Origin: Armatimonadota bacterium
GTDB taxonomy: Bacteria; Armatimonadota; Armatimonadia; Armatimonadales; Armatimonadaceae
Direction: 5' to 3'
DNA length: 38,616 nucleotides
Assembly: GCA_043754515.1 (NCBI GenBank)
Contig: JAYUUO010000136.1
Span: 1-38,616 of the forward strand
Both the position numbers and the translations under genes were made by a program. The notes under the pieces were generated by a model. The model was not told the DNA's origin and did no database searches. It saw nothing but the letters and a program-made list of their open reading frames with translations. This document shows, in pieces, positions 8,387 through 19,029 of this stretch (the first letter of the stretch is position 1; each line of letters starts with the position of its first letter).

Positions 8387-9718
8387 ATGACGACGTCCCC
8401 AGCGGATCGCATCGAACTTTGGAACGCCAGCACTACTTACGTGGTCGGGCACCAACGGCCCGATACCGACGCCATCGCCTCCGCCCTCGGCTACGCCTGG
8501 CTCCTCACGCAGAGCGGTTACGACGGCATCCGTGCCGTGCGCTGTGGCCAGCCGGGCGAGCAGACCCAGTTCGCCCTGAAACGGTTTGGGCAGGTCGCGC
8601 CCCCGTTCTTGACTAGCGTCGCCGTCACCTTCGGGCACATCGCCGAGGCGCAGGTGGTGGTCGCCCCGGACGCCCCGTTGTCGGAGGCCATGGATCGCTT
8701 CTCCTCCGGCGAGCAGGTCATTCCCATCGTCGGCTCGGACCAGATCCCGGTCGGGGTGGTCACTCCACTCGCGCTCGCGCGGGCGTTCGCGATCCGGTTG
8801 CGCGGGGGTGAGGAGCCGGAGCCGTCGTGCCGGAAGATCGCGGATAAAGTCAGCATGTACCGCGAGAGAGAGCGCGTTTCCGACCACCGCAACGCCATCC
8901 TGCGCTCGGAAGAGAACAGCGTGCTGGTCATTGACGAGAGCGGCTGCTACGTCGGCATGGCGGAACAAAAGAAACTGCTGTCCCCGCCCCGCGCCAAACT
9001 GATTCTCGTGGATCACAACGAACTTTCGCAGGCCGTTACGGGCGCGGAGGAGGCGGAGATAGTTGGCGTGCTCGATCACCACCGCCTCGGCAACCCGCCG
9101 ACCGCCGCCCCGATCCCGTTCACGGTGGACCCGGTCGGTAGCACGTCCACGCTCGTCGCCGAGAAGTGCCGCGACCGCGCTCTGGAGCCGCCTCCCGCTA
9201 TCGCCGGGATGTTGCTATCGGGCATCCTGTCCGACACGCTCGTGTTCAAGTCGCCGACTACCTCGGCGCGTGACCGCGCCGCCGCCGCCTGGCTCGCGAG
9301 TATCTGCCGCCTGGAGATGTACCAGTATGGCGCGGAGCTACTGTCCGCCGCCTCGGGCCTCGCGGCGAAGTCGCTGGGTGACATCCTGGATGCCGACCGG
9401 AAAGCCTACCAGATGGCGGGCGTGAACGTCGCGGTCGCCCAGGTCGAAGTCACCGGTATGCAGGAGTTACCCGCCCGCATCCCCGAACTGCTTCCCGCGA
9501 TGGACGAGCGCGTCTTCCGCGAAAATCTCGCGCTACTCTGCCTGATGGTCACTGACGTCGTGACGGGCGAGAGTTTCATGCTCGCGCGTGGCGCGGTCCG
9601 CCTGATCGCGGGGTTGCCGTTCGCGCACGTGGGCGAGAGCCTGTATGACCTCGGCGATATCGTCTCGCGCAAGAAGCAACTGGTACCGGCCCTGGTCGGA
9701 ATCCTGGAAACCTCCTAG
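8387..9718 (+). CDS. ppaC: family II manganese-dependent inorganic pyrophosphatase with CBS insert
   Basis: 'GHQRPDTDAIAS', 'LVDHNE', 'LDHHRLG', 'PVGSTST', 'ILSDTL', C-terminal 'SRKKQLVP'; ~120-aa CBS-like insert; ATG 8387 preferred over GTG 8213. Confidence 0.92.
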   Translation: MTTSPADRIELWNASTTYVVGHQRPDTDAIASALGYAWLLTQSGYDGIRAVRCGQPGEQTQFALKRFGQVAPPFLTSVAVTFGHIAEAQVVVAPDAPLSEAMDRFSSGEQVIPIVGSDQIPVGVVTPLALARAFAIRLRGGEEPEPSCRKIADKVSMYRERERVSDHRNAILRSEENSVLVIDESGCYVGMAEQKKLLSPPRAKLILVDHNELSQAVTGAEEAEIVGVLDHHRLGNPPTAAPIPFTVDPVGSTSTLVAEKCRDRALEPPPAIAGMLLSGILSDTLVFKSPTTSARDRAAAAWLASICRLEMYQYGAELLSAASGLAAKSLGDILDADRKAYQMAGVNVAVAQVEVTGMQELPARIPELLPAMDERVFRENLALLCLMVTDVVTGESFMLARGAVRLIAGLPFAHVGESLYDLGDIVSRKKQLVPALVGILETS

Positions 9719-9745
9719 AGCGAATCCGGGTACACTTATCGCGCC

Positions 9746-10873
9746 ATGGAAAACTCCGCCGAAACCACCGTGCCCGCGCACGCCGCCCTGACCGAGGACG
9801 AAATCCGCCTCCTCGCCGCCGTCCGAGTTCTCTGCGACTCCGTGATCGAACCTGGTGCCGAGGCGGTGGACAACGGCGTTCGTGACCCGCTCGATAATCT
9901 CCGTGCGCTCGCCGACGCCGGGCTGATCGGCGTCACCACGCCCCGCGAATGGGGCGGACAAGCCTGCTCCGGCGCGTTCCAGCGCGAGTTCACGGAGATG
10001 CTCACGGGCGCGTGCGGCACGACCTGGTTCATCCTCACCCAACATCTCGGTTCGTGCGCCACTATCGCCGCGAGCGCGAACATCTCCCTGCGCGAGCGGT
10101 TCCTTCGGGATATGGCGGCGGGGCGGCATTACGTCGGAGTCGGCTTCGGGCACCTGCGGCGCAAGGAGCCGATGATGATCGCCCGCCGGGGCGAGGGCGG
10201 CTACCACCTGAGCGGCACCGCGCCCTGGGTGACGGGCTACCCGTACCTGTCCGGCGTGATCTTCGGCGCGAGCCTCGATACCGATCTCGCGCGGCACGTC
10301 TACCTGTACGCGCCTGTGGCTCCGAGTGACGCCTTCCGCTCGTCCCCGCCCCTGCCGCTCTGCGCGATGAATGCGACCGCGACCACGGAGGTCGTGTTAC
10401 GCGACCTGTTCATCCCCGAAGCCGACTTCGTAAAGTGGGGTTCGTGCGAGGAGATGGAACGCGGCGACTACTACGGTATCGCGGGGGCGACCGCGCCGCC
10501 GCTCGGTTGCGCGGTCGGCGCGCTCCGCACTCTGGAGGCGATAGCGGCGAAGCGCGGCACTGGCCTGCCGGTGTTATCCGTGGCGGTGGAAGCATTTCGC
10601 CGTGAGATCGCCTCCTGCCGCGAAACGGCGCGGGCTGTCGCGGACGGGCCGAAGGACACGCCGCGTTACAAGCAAGAAGCGTTGAACGCGCGGGCGTGGG
10701 CGATTGAACTCGCGGTGCGCGTCTCGCACGCCGCCGTCGCGGGGGCGGGCGGCGCGGGGAACAGCCGCGAACACCCCGCCCAGCGCCGGTTCCGCGAAGC
10801 CATGTTCTACACGCTCACCGCGCAGACCGGCGACATACTGACGGCTACAGTGGAGCGGCTGACGCGGGAGTGA
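9746..10873 (+). CDS. acyl-CoA dehydrogenase family protein
   Basis: 'LADAGLIG..PREWGG', 'YHLSGTAPWVTG', 'AMNATATTEV', 'GGAG..HPAQRRFREA'. Confidence 0.85.
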   Translation: MENSAETTVPAHAALTEDEIRLLAAVRVLCDSVIEPGAEAVDNGVRDPLDNLRALADAGLIGVTTPREWGGQACSGAFQREFTEMLTGACGTTWFILTQHLGSCATIAASANISLRERFLRDMAAGRHYVGVGFGHLRRKEPMMIARRGEGGYHLSGTAPWVTGYPYLSGVIFGASLDTDLARHVYLYAPVAPSDAFRSSPPLPLCAMNATATTEVVLRDLFIPEADFVKWGSCEEMERGDYYGIAGATAPPLGCAVGALRTLEAIAAKRGTGLPVLSVAVEAFRREIASCRETARAVADGPKDTPRYKQEALNARAWAIELAVRVSHAAVAGAGGAGNSREHPAQRRFREAMFYTLTAQTGDILTATVERLTRE

Positions 10874-10910
10874 GGCCTGGGTGGGCAGTGGCGTCGCGCG
10901 GGCGGCGCGG

Positions 10911-11288
10911 TTATATTTCCTGTGCGATTTCTATGTAATTGTTGCCGGGATCGCGTACGTAGAAGCGAACCCAGCCATCCACGGGCTGTTTATCGGCGAC
11001 AATTTCAACGCCGTTCGATGCGAGCCACGTTTCGGCGGTTTTCAAGTCCTCGACGAAGTAGCACAAATGGCGTCTGCTGACCCCGTTGTCGCCGACGCCA
11101 TCTTCCAGCGAGACATGAAGTTCAAAGTCGTTGATCCGGTACCACGCGCCGCCGTTCTTTTCCAGTGCCGCCGGTTTCGCGAACTCCTCCAGACCGAGTA
11201 GTACGCCGTAGAAGTGCCGACACAACGCTTCTTTTTCCGCGGGTACCGTGATTTGCACATGATGCAATTTGCGCAGACCGATAGACAT
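10911..11288 (-). CDS. VOC/glyoxalase family protein
   Basis: 'LHHVQITVP', 'FYGVLLGLEE', 'ELHVS', 'HLCYFVEDL', 'RFYVRDPGNNYIE'; ATG 11288 just after the upstream stop. Confidence 0.9.
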   Translation of the reverse strand: MSIGLRKLHHVQITVPAEKEALCRHFYGVLLGLEEFAKPAALEKNGGAWYRINDFELHVSLEDGVGDNGVSRRHLCYFVEDLKTAETWLASNGVEIVADKQPVDGWVRFYVRDPGNNYIEIAQEI

Positions 11289-11289
11289 T

Positions 11290-11844
11290 TTAATCTTCCC
11301 CGTCCATGAATACACCGATCAGATTTCTTTTGAAGGCGTCCGGCTCTGTCTCATCCCGCCGAACAATACTCAAGTCACTTTCCAACACCCTCAAGTTTTC
11401 TACGATTAACGCGAGGTCGGGGGGCGTTTGGTTAATGCTTTGGAAAAAGGCATGACAAAGAGGTAGCGATTCTTCCGCTGGCATGTCCATGACTTCACTG
11501 TCATCAAGAAATAAGTACTGACCTTCCCACGATTGCACGAGTACCAATAGTGCCGCGATGTGTTCGTGGAAATCGGGATGGTTTCCGGTCAGTTGCGCGA
11601 GCAACGGCAACCTCGTCTTGAATAGCGCGATGGCTTCGTCTTTCGCGGCGATGAACTGAACGCTCTCGTAGCCGTCGTCATCGTGTACCACTAAGTTTTC
11701 CTTGTCGAAAAAGAATGGCCACGCGAAAGGGAGTGACCAACGCGAGTCAGCGATCGGCGCACCGACATAGAAGGATAAGTTCGAGGCATACCAGCCGCCG
11801 GTGTGGTACGTATCGCTGGCATAAAGGTAAGCGTAATTGGACAT
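11290..11844 (-). CDS. hypothetical protein (lower GC than flanks)
   Basis: acidic, aromatic-rich ORF; ATG 11844 (MSNYAYLY) lies at the compositional shift; ORF track extends it to 11922. Confidence 0.7.
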   Translation of the reverse strand: MSNYAYLYASDTYHTGGWYASNLSFYVGAPIADSRWSLPFAWPFFFDKENLVVHDDDGYESVQFIAAKDEAIALFKTRLPLLAQLTGNHPDFHEHIAALLVLVQSWEGQYLFLDDSEVMDMPAEESLPLCHAFFQSINQTPPDLALIVENLRVLESDLSIVRRDETEPDAFKRNLIGVFMDGED

Positions 11845-12037
11845 GGTTCGTATATCCGGCGTGGCAAGGTTTACCGCGGCGCGGGCAGGCCGGAGCAAGT
11901 CGACGCCGAGCATGCCGTCCATCGCTACGCCGTCGTCAAGAGTACTGAGTCTGCATCCCTACCCCCCGCCGTCCGGCGCGAGCCAAATTCGGCATGAACA
12001 ACCCCACTGGTCGGGCAAAATCCTCGAGCGGCGACCC

Positions 12038-13717
12038 CTACTCCGCGCTCATATTCGCGCCCGCCCCGCCCCGCCGCGCGCCGTCACCCGTGCCCATGAT
12101 TCGCGGCGCACTCTGCCCCAGCTCGCGCTCGATGTTGAGGTGGCTCAGGCGCGGGGTGATGTTCGGCACCGGCACCAAGCCGAGCAGGAGCGTCGCGACC
12201 GCCGCTATAATTGCCGCCGTCATCGCGCCGCCCCGCGCGTTCGCGGAGGCGAAACTACCCTCGCCGTCGCGGAAGAACATCGAAACGATCACGTTCAGGT
12301 AGTAGACCGCGCCGATCACCGACGCCATGAGGCCGAACGCCGCGAGGCCCGTATAACCCGCGTTCACCGCCGCGAGGAACAGGTACAACTTGCCGAAGAA
12401 GCCGGCGGCTGGGGGGATGCCCGCTAGCGACAGCAGAAACACCGCCATCACGCCCGCCGCGAGCGGCTGACGCTTTGCAAGCCCCGCGAGATCGGCGACC
12501 TGCGTGTACTCGCGCCCGTCCCGGCGACCCAGCCAAGCGAGGAGCGCGAACGCGCCGAGGTTCATGAAGGTGTAGACGAGCAGGTAGTACGCGACCGACG
12601 TTTCGCCGAGTTGCCAGGTGCCATTGGTGACCAGTTTTCCACTCGCGGGTGCCATCGCGAGCAGGCCGACCAGCAGATACCCGGCGTGCGCGATGGACGA
12701 GTACGCGAGCATCCGTTTGATTGCGGTCTGCCGCACCGCGAGAACGTTCCCGACCAGGATCGTCGCTGCCGCGAGTCCCCACAGTAGCGTGCGGTAGGGG
12801 CCGTGGTTCTGCCCGCCGTCTAGTAGCACGAGGTAGAAGCGCAGGAACGCCCCGAACGCGCCCGCCTTCGCCGCCGCCGACATGAACGCCGTGACCGGCA
12901 CGGGCGAGCCTTCGTACACGTCGGGGGCGTACGAGTGGAACGGCACGATACTCGCCTTGAAGCAAAGCCCGACGATCACCAGCACCGCGCCCGTGATGAA
13001 CAGCGGGTTCGCGGCGAGCGGTGCGGCGCCGCCATTCGTGGCCGACAGCGCGGATGCGATCGTGTACAGGTTGGTGTACGAGAGAGTGAACGACTGGCTC
13101 GACTCCGGCACCAGGCCGTTCGCCTTCATCGTGATGCCGACCGCGCCGTAGATCAGCGCGCAACCAAACAGCAGAAACGCCGATGTGAACGCGCCGAGCA
13201 GGAAGTATTTCACCGCAGCTTCCTCGGAGCGCACGTCGCGCCGCGTAAACCCGGCCAGGATGTAGAGCGACACCGACAGCACTTCGAGGCCGACGAAAAT
13301 ATTTATCAGGTCGAACGCCTGCGCCATGATCATGCCGCCGGACGCCGAAAAGAGTAGCAACGCGTAGAACTCGCCCGCCGGGAGCCGCCGCTCCGCGAGG
13401 TATCGGTCCGACATCAGGATCGAGAGGAACACGGAGATCGCCAGCACGATGCCGAACACCGCGCCGAGCGAGTCGGAGATCATGCCGCCGCCGAACGCGA
13501 CGGTGAACGGAAGTACGTTCGCGGACTGCGTTTGCGCGGTTAGTTTGGCGGCGGCAACCACGGCGGACGCGACCGCGCCCAAAAGTGCGACCAGCGAGAC
13601 GAGCCGGGTGCGTTCCGCCGACGCCTTGCCGACCCCGAGCAGTAGCACTACCATCCCGGTCACCATCAGGATAATGGGCGAGAGTAGCGCGATTATGTCT
13701 TGTATCGAATCCGTCAC
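12038..13717 (-). CDS. nuoN: NADH-quinone oxidoreductase subunit N
   Basis: 'FVGLEVLS', 'EAAVKYFLLG', 'FKASIVPFHSYAPDVYEG', 'KRMLAYSSIAHAGY', 'SLAGIPPAAGFFGK'. Confidence 0.96.
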   Translation of the reverse strand: MTDSIQDIIALLSPIILMVTGMVVLLLGVGKASAERTRLVSLVALLGAVASAVVAAAKLTAQTQSANVLPFTVAFGGGMISDSLGAVFGIVLAISVFLSILMSDRYLAERRLPAGEFYALLLFSASGGMIMAQAFDLINIFVGLEVLSVSLYILAGFTRRDVRSEEAAVKYFLLGAFTSAFLLFGCALIYGAVGITMKANGLVPESSQSFTLSYTNLYTIASALSATNGGAAPLAANPLFITGAVLVIVGLCFKASIVPFHSYAPDVYEGSPVPVTAFMSAAAKAGAFGAFLRFYLVLLDGGQNHGPYRTLLWGLAAATILVGNVLAVRQTAIKRMLAYSSIAHAGYLLVGLLAMAPASGKLVTNGTWQLGETSVAYYLLVYTFMNLGAFALLAWLGRRDGREYTQVADLAGLAKRQPLAAGVMAVFLLSLAGIPPAAGFFGKLYLFLAAVNAGYTGLAAFGLMASVIGAVYYLNVIVSMFFRDGEGSFASANARGGAMTAAIIAAVATLLLGLVPVPNITPRLSHLNIERELGQSAPRIMGTGDGARRGGAGANMSAE

Positions 13718-13741
13718 GGTGTGTCTTTCATGGTAAATCGG

Positions 13742-15628
13742 TTAAGGGATCGCGGGAGCCGCCACGCGCGGCGCGGCGGGAGACGCGGCGGGCACCGCGC
13801 CGCTCGCCGGTGCTACCGGCGTGGTAGGAGCGGGGGAACCGCCGCTATCCAGCCCGGTCCCGGTGACAGGTTCCGTCGGCGCGACGTCACCGGGGCGGTC
13901 CGCCGACGGCACGGGCGGGGTAATTGTCCCGCCGTTTACGGGTGTCGCGTCCGGAGCCGGCGCGGATTGCGCGGGGCTTTGCGGAGCGGACGGTTCGCCA
14001 TCCAGCGCGGTGGGGGCTACGGCACCGGCGGATGGCGGGGTATCATTCGCGTCCGCCGGTGCCGGTAGCGTGGGCGGCGCGTCCATCACGGTCGGCGCGT
14101 CGGTGGCGGGTGTCAGTGGTTGCGTCAGGGCGGGAATGCCGCTGGCGGGCGCGGACTTCGGTGCCGTTCGCTCGACCATGGTTTTGACCGACGGCTCCAT
14201 CACGCGCAGGAAAATCCAGGGCGCGATCCCGAACAGGAAGATCGCCGCGACAAACGGCGCGAGCTGCGCGAACTCCGCGCCCGAAACGTCGAGCAGGCGT
14301 CGGTTCTCAGGACGTGCCACGGGGCCGTACATCACCCGCTGGAACATCCAGAGCATGTAAATCGCCGACCAGATGACGCCGGTGGTCGCGACACCCGCCG
14401 CCAGCGGGTATGTATGGAACGTGCCGAGTAGGATCAGGAACTCGCCGACGAAGCCGTTCGTGAGCGGCAGTGCTATCGCGCTGAACGTGACGATGAGGAA
14501 GATGCGCCCGAACACCGGCATCTGCTCCCACAGCCCCCCGAAGGACGCGATGCGGTTCGTGCTGCGCCGCTCATACAGTATGCCCACGAGCAGGAACAGC
14601 GCGCCGGTGGAAACGCCGTGGTTGATCGCCTGTAGCATCGCGCCGGAAACGCCGTGCGCGGTCCCGCTGAACAGGCCCATCACGATGAAGCCGAGATGCG
14701 ACACCGACGAGTAGGCGATCAGCCGCTTCACGTCGCGTTGCACCGCCGCGACCAGCGCGCCGTAGATGATCGCCGCGACGCCGAGCCAGATGAACGCGGG
14801 GGCCGCCTGCCGCGCGAGGTCGGGGAAAAGCGGGATCACGAACCGATAAAATCCGTAAATGCCGAGCTTGCCCATGGCTCCCGCGAGCACCATGGTGACC
14901 GGGGCGGGTGACTCGACGTACGTATCGGGGAGCCAGGTGTGGAACGGGAACAGCGGTGTCTTGATAGCGAACGCCAGCGCGAACCCGCCGAACGCGACCG
15001 CCGCCAGCCCGCCCGTCATTGGGCTTGCCGTCACGGCGGTCAGAATCTTCTCGTAGTCGAACGTCTGGCCCGCGTGCAGGTACAGCGCGATGATCGAGAC
15101 CAGCATCAGGAGCGAGCCGACGAGCGTGTAGAGCAGGAACTTCAGCCCCGCCGCCACCCGGTTCGCGCCGCCGTAGATGCCGATCAGGAAGTAGGCCGGG
15201 ATCAGTACTGCCTCAAAGAACACGTAAAACAGAATCAGGTCGAGCGACACAAACGAGCCGATCAGCGCTGACTCCATCCAGAGCATCAGCGCGAAGAACG
15301 CCTTGTGCCCGCCCTTGACCATCGTCTGCGAGGCTTCCACGGCGAGCGCGGTCAGAAACGTGGTCAGCACGACGAGCAGGATCGCGGGGCCGTCAACACC
15401 GAGTTTGTACGACAGGCCGAGGTCGGGGAGCCAGGGCTGGTTCTCGACGAAGGAGAACACGCCGCTTCCGGTCGCCGCGCTACCCACGAACAGGGCGAGC
15501 GAGGCGAGGAATGTCAGCCACGCGCCGAGCCGCCCCAGTGTCCGCGCGCTCCGCTCGGGCGCGAACCCGGCCAGTAGCGCGAACAGGAACGGTAGCATTA
15601 TCAGTATGCTGAGAATCGGTAGTCCCAT
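13742..15628 (-). CDS. nuoM: NADH-quinone oxidoreductase subunit M with Pro/Ala/Thr-rich C-terminal tail
   Basis: 'LFYVFFEAVLIP', 'KFLLYT', 'IKTPLFPFHTWLPD', 'KRLIAYSSVSH', 'NGFVGEF'. Confidence 0.96.
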   Translation of the reverse strand: MGLPILSILIMLPFLFALLAGFAPERSARTLGRLGAWLTFLASLALFVGSAATGSGVFSFVENQPWLPDLGLSYKLGVDGPAILLVVLTTFLTALAVEASQTMVKGGHKAFFALMLWMESALIGSFVSLDLILFYVFFEAVLIPAYFLIGIYGGANRVAAGLKFLLYTLVGSLLMLVSIIALYLHAGQTFDYEKILTAVTASPMTGGLAAVAFGGFALAFAIKTPLFPFHTWLPDTYVESPAPVTMVLAGAMGKLGIYGFYRFVIPLFPDLARQAAPAFIWLGVAAIIYGALVAAVQRDVKRLIAYSSVSHLGFIVMGLFSGTAHGVSGAMLQAINHGVSTGALFLLVGILYERRSTNRIASFGGLWEQMPVFGRIFLIVTFSAIALPLTNGFVGEFLILLGTFHTYPLAAGVATTGVIWSAIYMLWMFQRVMYGPVARPENRRLLDVSGAEFAQLAPFVAAIFLFGIAPWIFLRVMEPSVKTMVERTAPKSAPASGIPALTQPLTPATDAPTVMDAPPTLPAPADANDTPPSAGAVAPTALDGEPSAPQSPAQSAPAPDATPVNGGTITPPVPSADRPGDVAPTEPVTGTGLDSGGSPAPTTPVAPASGAVPAASPAAPRVAAPAIP

Positions 15629-15631
15629 CGT

Positions 15632-17797
15632 TTAACCCGTCTGCGCTTTCCATGCCGCTATCAGGCAGAGCACGATCACGAACACGATACTTAGAAACAT
15701 CGAGAACGCGTAGTTTCGGACGTAGCCAGATTGCCAGCCTTTCAAGCCTTCCGCGAGACCGCGTATGGAATCGCCTACCCCCGACGTTCCCGAGTCTAAG
15801 GTCCGTACGTCCACGCCGCGCCAGAGGAAGTTCGCGAGTTGCTTCCCAGGGCGAACGAAAATAGCATCATATGCGTCGTCCACGCGCCACTTCTCCTCCA
15901 GGAGGCGCAGGAGCGGATTGCGCTCGCGATCCTCGCCGACGAGTAGTTGCCCCGTGATTGACCGGCTGTAGGAGCGGTAGGCGAGCCAGACCCCGAGCAC
16001 GGCGATCCCGACCGACATACCGACCAACACCCCTTCCAGCACACCTGGCAAATGGTGCGCTTCTTCCGCGCCGCCCCACGACACCGACTCCCCGAGGAAC
16101 TTCTCGAACGGCGACGCCCAGCCGAGTGGCGCGAAGCCGCCGACGAACCCGCCGACCGTGGAGAGCAGAGCCAGCATCAAGAGCGGGAACGTCATGTTGC
16201 CCGGCGATTCGTGGATGTGCGCCGCCGTTTCCTCGCTGTAGCGCGGCGATCCGGCGAACGTCTTCATCATCATGCGCGTCATGTAGAACGCCGTCATGCC
16301 CGCGATGATCCAGCCCGTCGCCCACAGAATCGGCCCGCCCATGGTCCCGAACGCCGCCGCGAGTATCTCGTCTTTGGAAAAGAAACCGGCGAGCGGCGGG
16401 ATGCCCGCGATGGCCAGTGTCCCGATGGCCATCGTCCGCGCCGTAGTCGGGATCTTGTTCCACAGGCCGCCCATACGCCGCATGTCCTGCTCGCCGCCCA
16501 TCGCGTGGATTACGGAGCCGGCACCCAGGAACAGCAACGCTTTGAAGAACGCGTGCGTCATGACGTGGAACATGGCCGAGCCGAACGCGCCGACCCCGAC
16601 CGCCAGGAACATATACCCGAGTTGCGACACGGTCGAGTACGCCAGTACCTTTTTGATGTCGTTCTGCGCGAGCGCGATGGTTGCCGCCAGAAACGCCGTG
16701 GTAATGCCGACAACCGCGATCACCGTCATCACCCACTCCGCGCCGGGGGCGAGTAGCAGGGCGTGCGAGCGCGAGAGCAGGAACACGCCGCCCGTCACCA
16801 TCGTCGCGGCGTGGATCAGCGCGGAGACCGGCGTCGGCCCTTCCATCGCGTCCGGGAGCCAGACGTACAGCGGGATCTGCGCCGATTTGCCGGTTGCGCC
16901 GAGGAACATTAGGAACGGCACGAACGCGCCCGCCGCGAGCGCGCCGCCCAGGTAGCCCGACGGGAAGTCACCTGCCGATGCCCGTGTCAGAATGCCACCG
17001 TCGCCGAACAGCTCGAACGTGCCGAAATACTTGTACAGCAGGAACAGCGCGACCAGAAACGCCGCGTCACCCACGCGGTTCACGATGAACGCCTTCTTGC
17101 CCGCGTCCGTCGCCGACTTGCGGTCCGCCCAGTAGCCGATTAGCAGGTACGACGCGAGGCCGACGCCTTCCCACCCGACGAACGTCACGAGCAGGTTACT
17201 CCCCATCACGAGCAGGAGCATGAAAAAGATGAACAGGTTGAGGTAGCCGAAGTAGCGCGCGTACCCCCGGTCGTTCGCCATGTATCCCATTGAGTACAGG
17301 TGGATCAGAGAGCCGATGCCGGTGATGATTAGTAGCATTAGCGCGGTTAGCGAGTCCGCCGCGAGCCGGAACTGCACGTCCAGGCCGGGGAAGCCGCCGA
17401 CGGCGGGGATGCTCATCCACTGAAAGGCGGGCGAGAACACCACTTCTTTCGCGCCGCTGAAGAACGGCAGTGCGACCAGCACGGACAGCACGAACGCGAG
17501 GAAGACCATCGCCGTCGCCAGTCCCCCGACGATGCCCATGCCGCCTTTGTCCAGTGGGAACTGATCGTGCGCGTGACCGTGTTTGTCGGCGTGCCCATCG
17601 GCTTCGCCGTGCTCTGGGTCGTGCTCTGGCTCTATCTCGTAGCGGTGCGGGTCAGCGAGCCGCGTGGACGTCTGTTCGTCCTCGGTCTCGATCACTGGCT
17701 TAGGCGATTTCACGAATCCGGCCCCGAAAAAGGCGTTCAACAAGAAGCCTGCGAGCGGCAGGGCGGGGATCGCCCAGAGAAGGGGGTTCGTGTTCAT
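15632..17797 (-). CDS. nuoL: NADH-quinone oxidoreductase subunit L
   Basis: '[14 protein letters not shown]', '[11 protein letters not shown]', '[32 protein letters not shown]'; ATG 17797 overlaps the nuoK stop (ATGA). Confidence 0.96.
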   Translation of the reverse strand: MNTNPLLWAIPALPLAGFLLNAFFGAGFVKSPKPVIETEDEQTSTRLADPHRYEIEPEHDPEHGEADGHADKHGHAHDQFPLDKGGMGIVGGLATAMVFLAFVLSVLVALPFFSGAKEVVFSPAFQWMSIPAVGGFPGLDVQFRLAADSLTALMLLIITGIGSLIHLYSMGYMANDRGYARYFGYLNLFIFFMLLLVMGSNLLVTFVGWEGVGLASYLLIGYWADRKSATDAGKKAFIVNRVGDAAFLVALFLLYKYFGTFELFGDGGILTRASAGDFPSGYLGGALAAGAFVPFLMFLGATGKSAQIPLYVWLPDAMEGPTPVSALIHAATMVTGGVFLLSRSHALLLAPGAEWVMTVIAVVGITTAFLAATIALAQNDIKKVLAYSTVSQLGYMFLAVGVGAFGSAMFHVMTHAFFKALLFLGAGSVIHAMGGEQDMRRMGGLWNKIPTTARTMAIGTLAIAGIPPLAGFFSKDEILAAAFGTMGGPILWATGWIIAGMTAFYMTRMMMKTFAGSPRYSEETAAHIHESPGNMTFPLLMLALLSTVGGFVGGFAPLGWASPFEKFLGESVSWGGAEEAHHLPGVLEGVLVGMSVGIAVLGVWLAYRSYSRSITGQLLVGEDRERNPLLRLLEEKWRVDDAYDAIFVRPGKQLANFLWRGVDVRTLDSGTSGVGDSIRGLAEGLKGWQSGYVRNYAFSMFLSIVFVIVLCLIAAWKAQTG

Positions 17798-18162
17798 CCT
17801 TTGAGAAGGCTCACTTCGTCCACGTTGATGTCCTCGCGCGACCGGAAAATAGAAAGCAATATGCCGAGTCCGACCGCGACTTCCGCCGCCGCGACCGCCA
17901 TCACGAAGATCGTGAACATCTGGCCGCCCGGATCGCCGAGGTAGCGACCGAACGAAATGAAGGACAGGTTCACGGCGTTCAGCATCATTTCGACGCACAT
18001 AAAGATCACGATTGGGTTGCGCTTGATCAGCACGCCGACCGCGCCGATGGTGAACAGCAGGATCGAGAGGATCAGAAACCACGCGAGCGGAATCTGGCCG
18101 TTCACGGGGATGAGGTTCGTCACGGTCAGGTTCGCCGTGCTCTGCGCCGCTTGCGGGTTCAT
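17794..18162 (-). CDS. nuoK: NADH-quinone oxidoreductase subunit K
   Basis: '[13 protein letters not shown]', '[12 protein letters not shown]'; TGATG coupling to nuoJ. Confidence 0.96.
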   Translation of the reverse strand: MNPQAAQSTANLTVTNLIPVNGQIPLAWFLILSILLFTIGAVGVLIKRNPIVIFMCVEMMLNAVNLSFISFGRYLGDPGGQMFTIFVMAVAAAEVAVGLGILLSIFRSREDINVDEVSLLKG

Positions 18163-18977
18163 CAGGCGATCTCCCCCGCGTCGAGCGATTTCTCGGCGGG
18201 CGTTTTGCGTTGTGCGAGCACCACCGAACCGATGGTCGCGATCAGGAGTAGAATGCTGGTCACCTCGAATGCGAACAGGTACGGCATTTTGGCGTTGTAC
18301 AGCGATTGCCCGATCCCCGCGACCGTCCCTTGCTCCGACACCGGAACCGTCCGGGGCGCGAGTCGCGCGGCGCCTTCCACGGTCGGACCCGCGGCCTCGA
18401 CTCCGGTCGCCGCCCCTCCCGTACCGACTCGCGGCGGTATCACCGCGCCTTCGTCAACGCCGCCGGGCGGCTCGGCGCCGCCGGTCGCCGCAGAGACCGC
18501 TCCCGACGCATTCGCGACGCCGAGGGAGCGGCTGGCGACGCGCGGGCCGCGCCCCGTTCTCACGACCGGCACGTTGCCGTCCTTGTCGAGCACCGGGAGC
18601 GGCATGGTGCGCACCAGCGTCAGCCCCACCGCCCCCGCGAGCACGAGTCCGGCGACAGCGGCGAACGGCGTTTGCAGGCGCAGGCGGTCCACGGTGCGAT
18701 CGGGAGTGCCGAGATTCAGGAGCATGATCACGAACAGGAATAGCACCATGATCGCCCCAGCGTACACCACGACCTGCACCGCCGCCAGAAAGTAGGCGTT
18801 CAGGAGCAGGTACAACACCGCGACGCAAAACAGGTTCAGCACGAGAAAGAGCGCGGAACGGATCGGGTTCGGGTGCAGGAGCATGATCAGCGCGGTCACC
18901 AGTGCCCCCGTCCCGAAGAGCAGGAACAGGAGGACTTGCGGCGCGAGGAACGCTTGTATGAGTTCCAGTAACGGCAT
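18162..18977 (-). CDS. nuoJ: NADH-quinone oxidoreductase subunit J with long internal insertion
   Basis: 'NPIRSALFL', '[20 protein letters not shown]', '[18 protein letters not shown]'. Confidence 0.95.
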   Translation of the reverse strand: MPLLELIQAFLAPQVLLFLLFGTGALVTALIMLLHPNPIRSALFLVLNLFCVAVLYLLLNAYFLAAVQVVVYAGAIMVLFLFVIMLLNLGTPDRTVDRLRLQTPFAAVAGLVLAGAVGLTLVRTMPLPVLDKDGNVPVVRTGRGPRVASRSLGVANASGAVSAATGGAEPPGGVDEGAVIPPRVGTGGAATGVEAAGPTVEGAARLAPRTVPVSEQGTVAGIGQSLYNAKMPYLFAFEVTSILLLIATIGSVVLAQRKTPAEKSLDAGEIA

Positions 18978-19029
18978 AACGGTTGTGCGGGTGTCCTTAA
19001 CGGGGCGGATGTGTCCGCCCCAACGTCAG

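Noticed and set aside
17798..18082. 95-aa N-terminal extension of NuoL in the ORF track
   Set aside because: Overlaps nuoK in another frame; the ATGA-coupled start at 17797 is far more plausible
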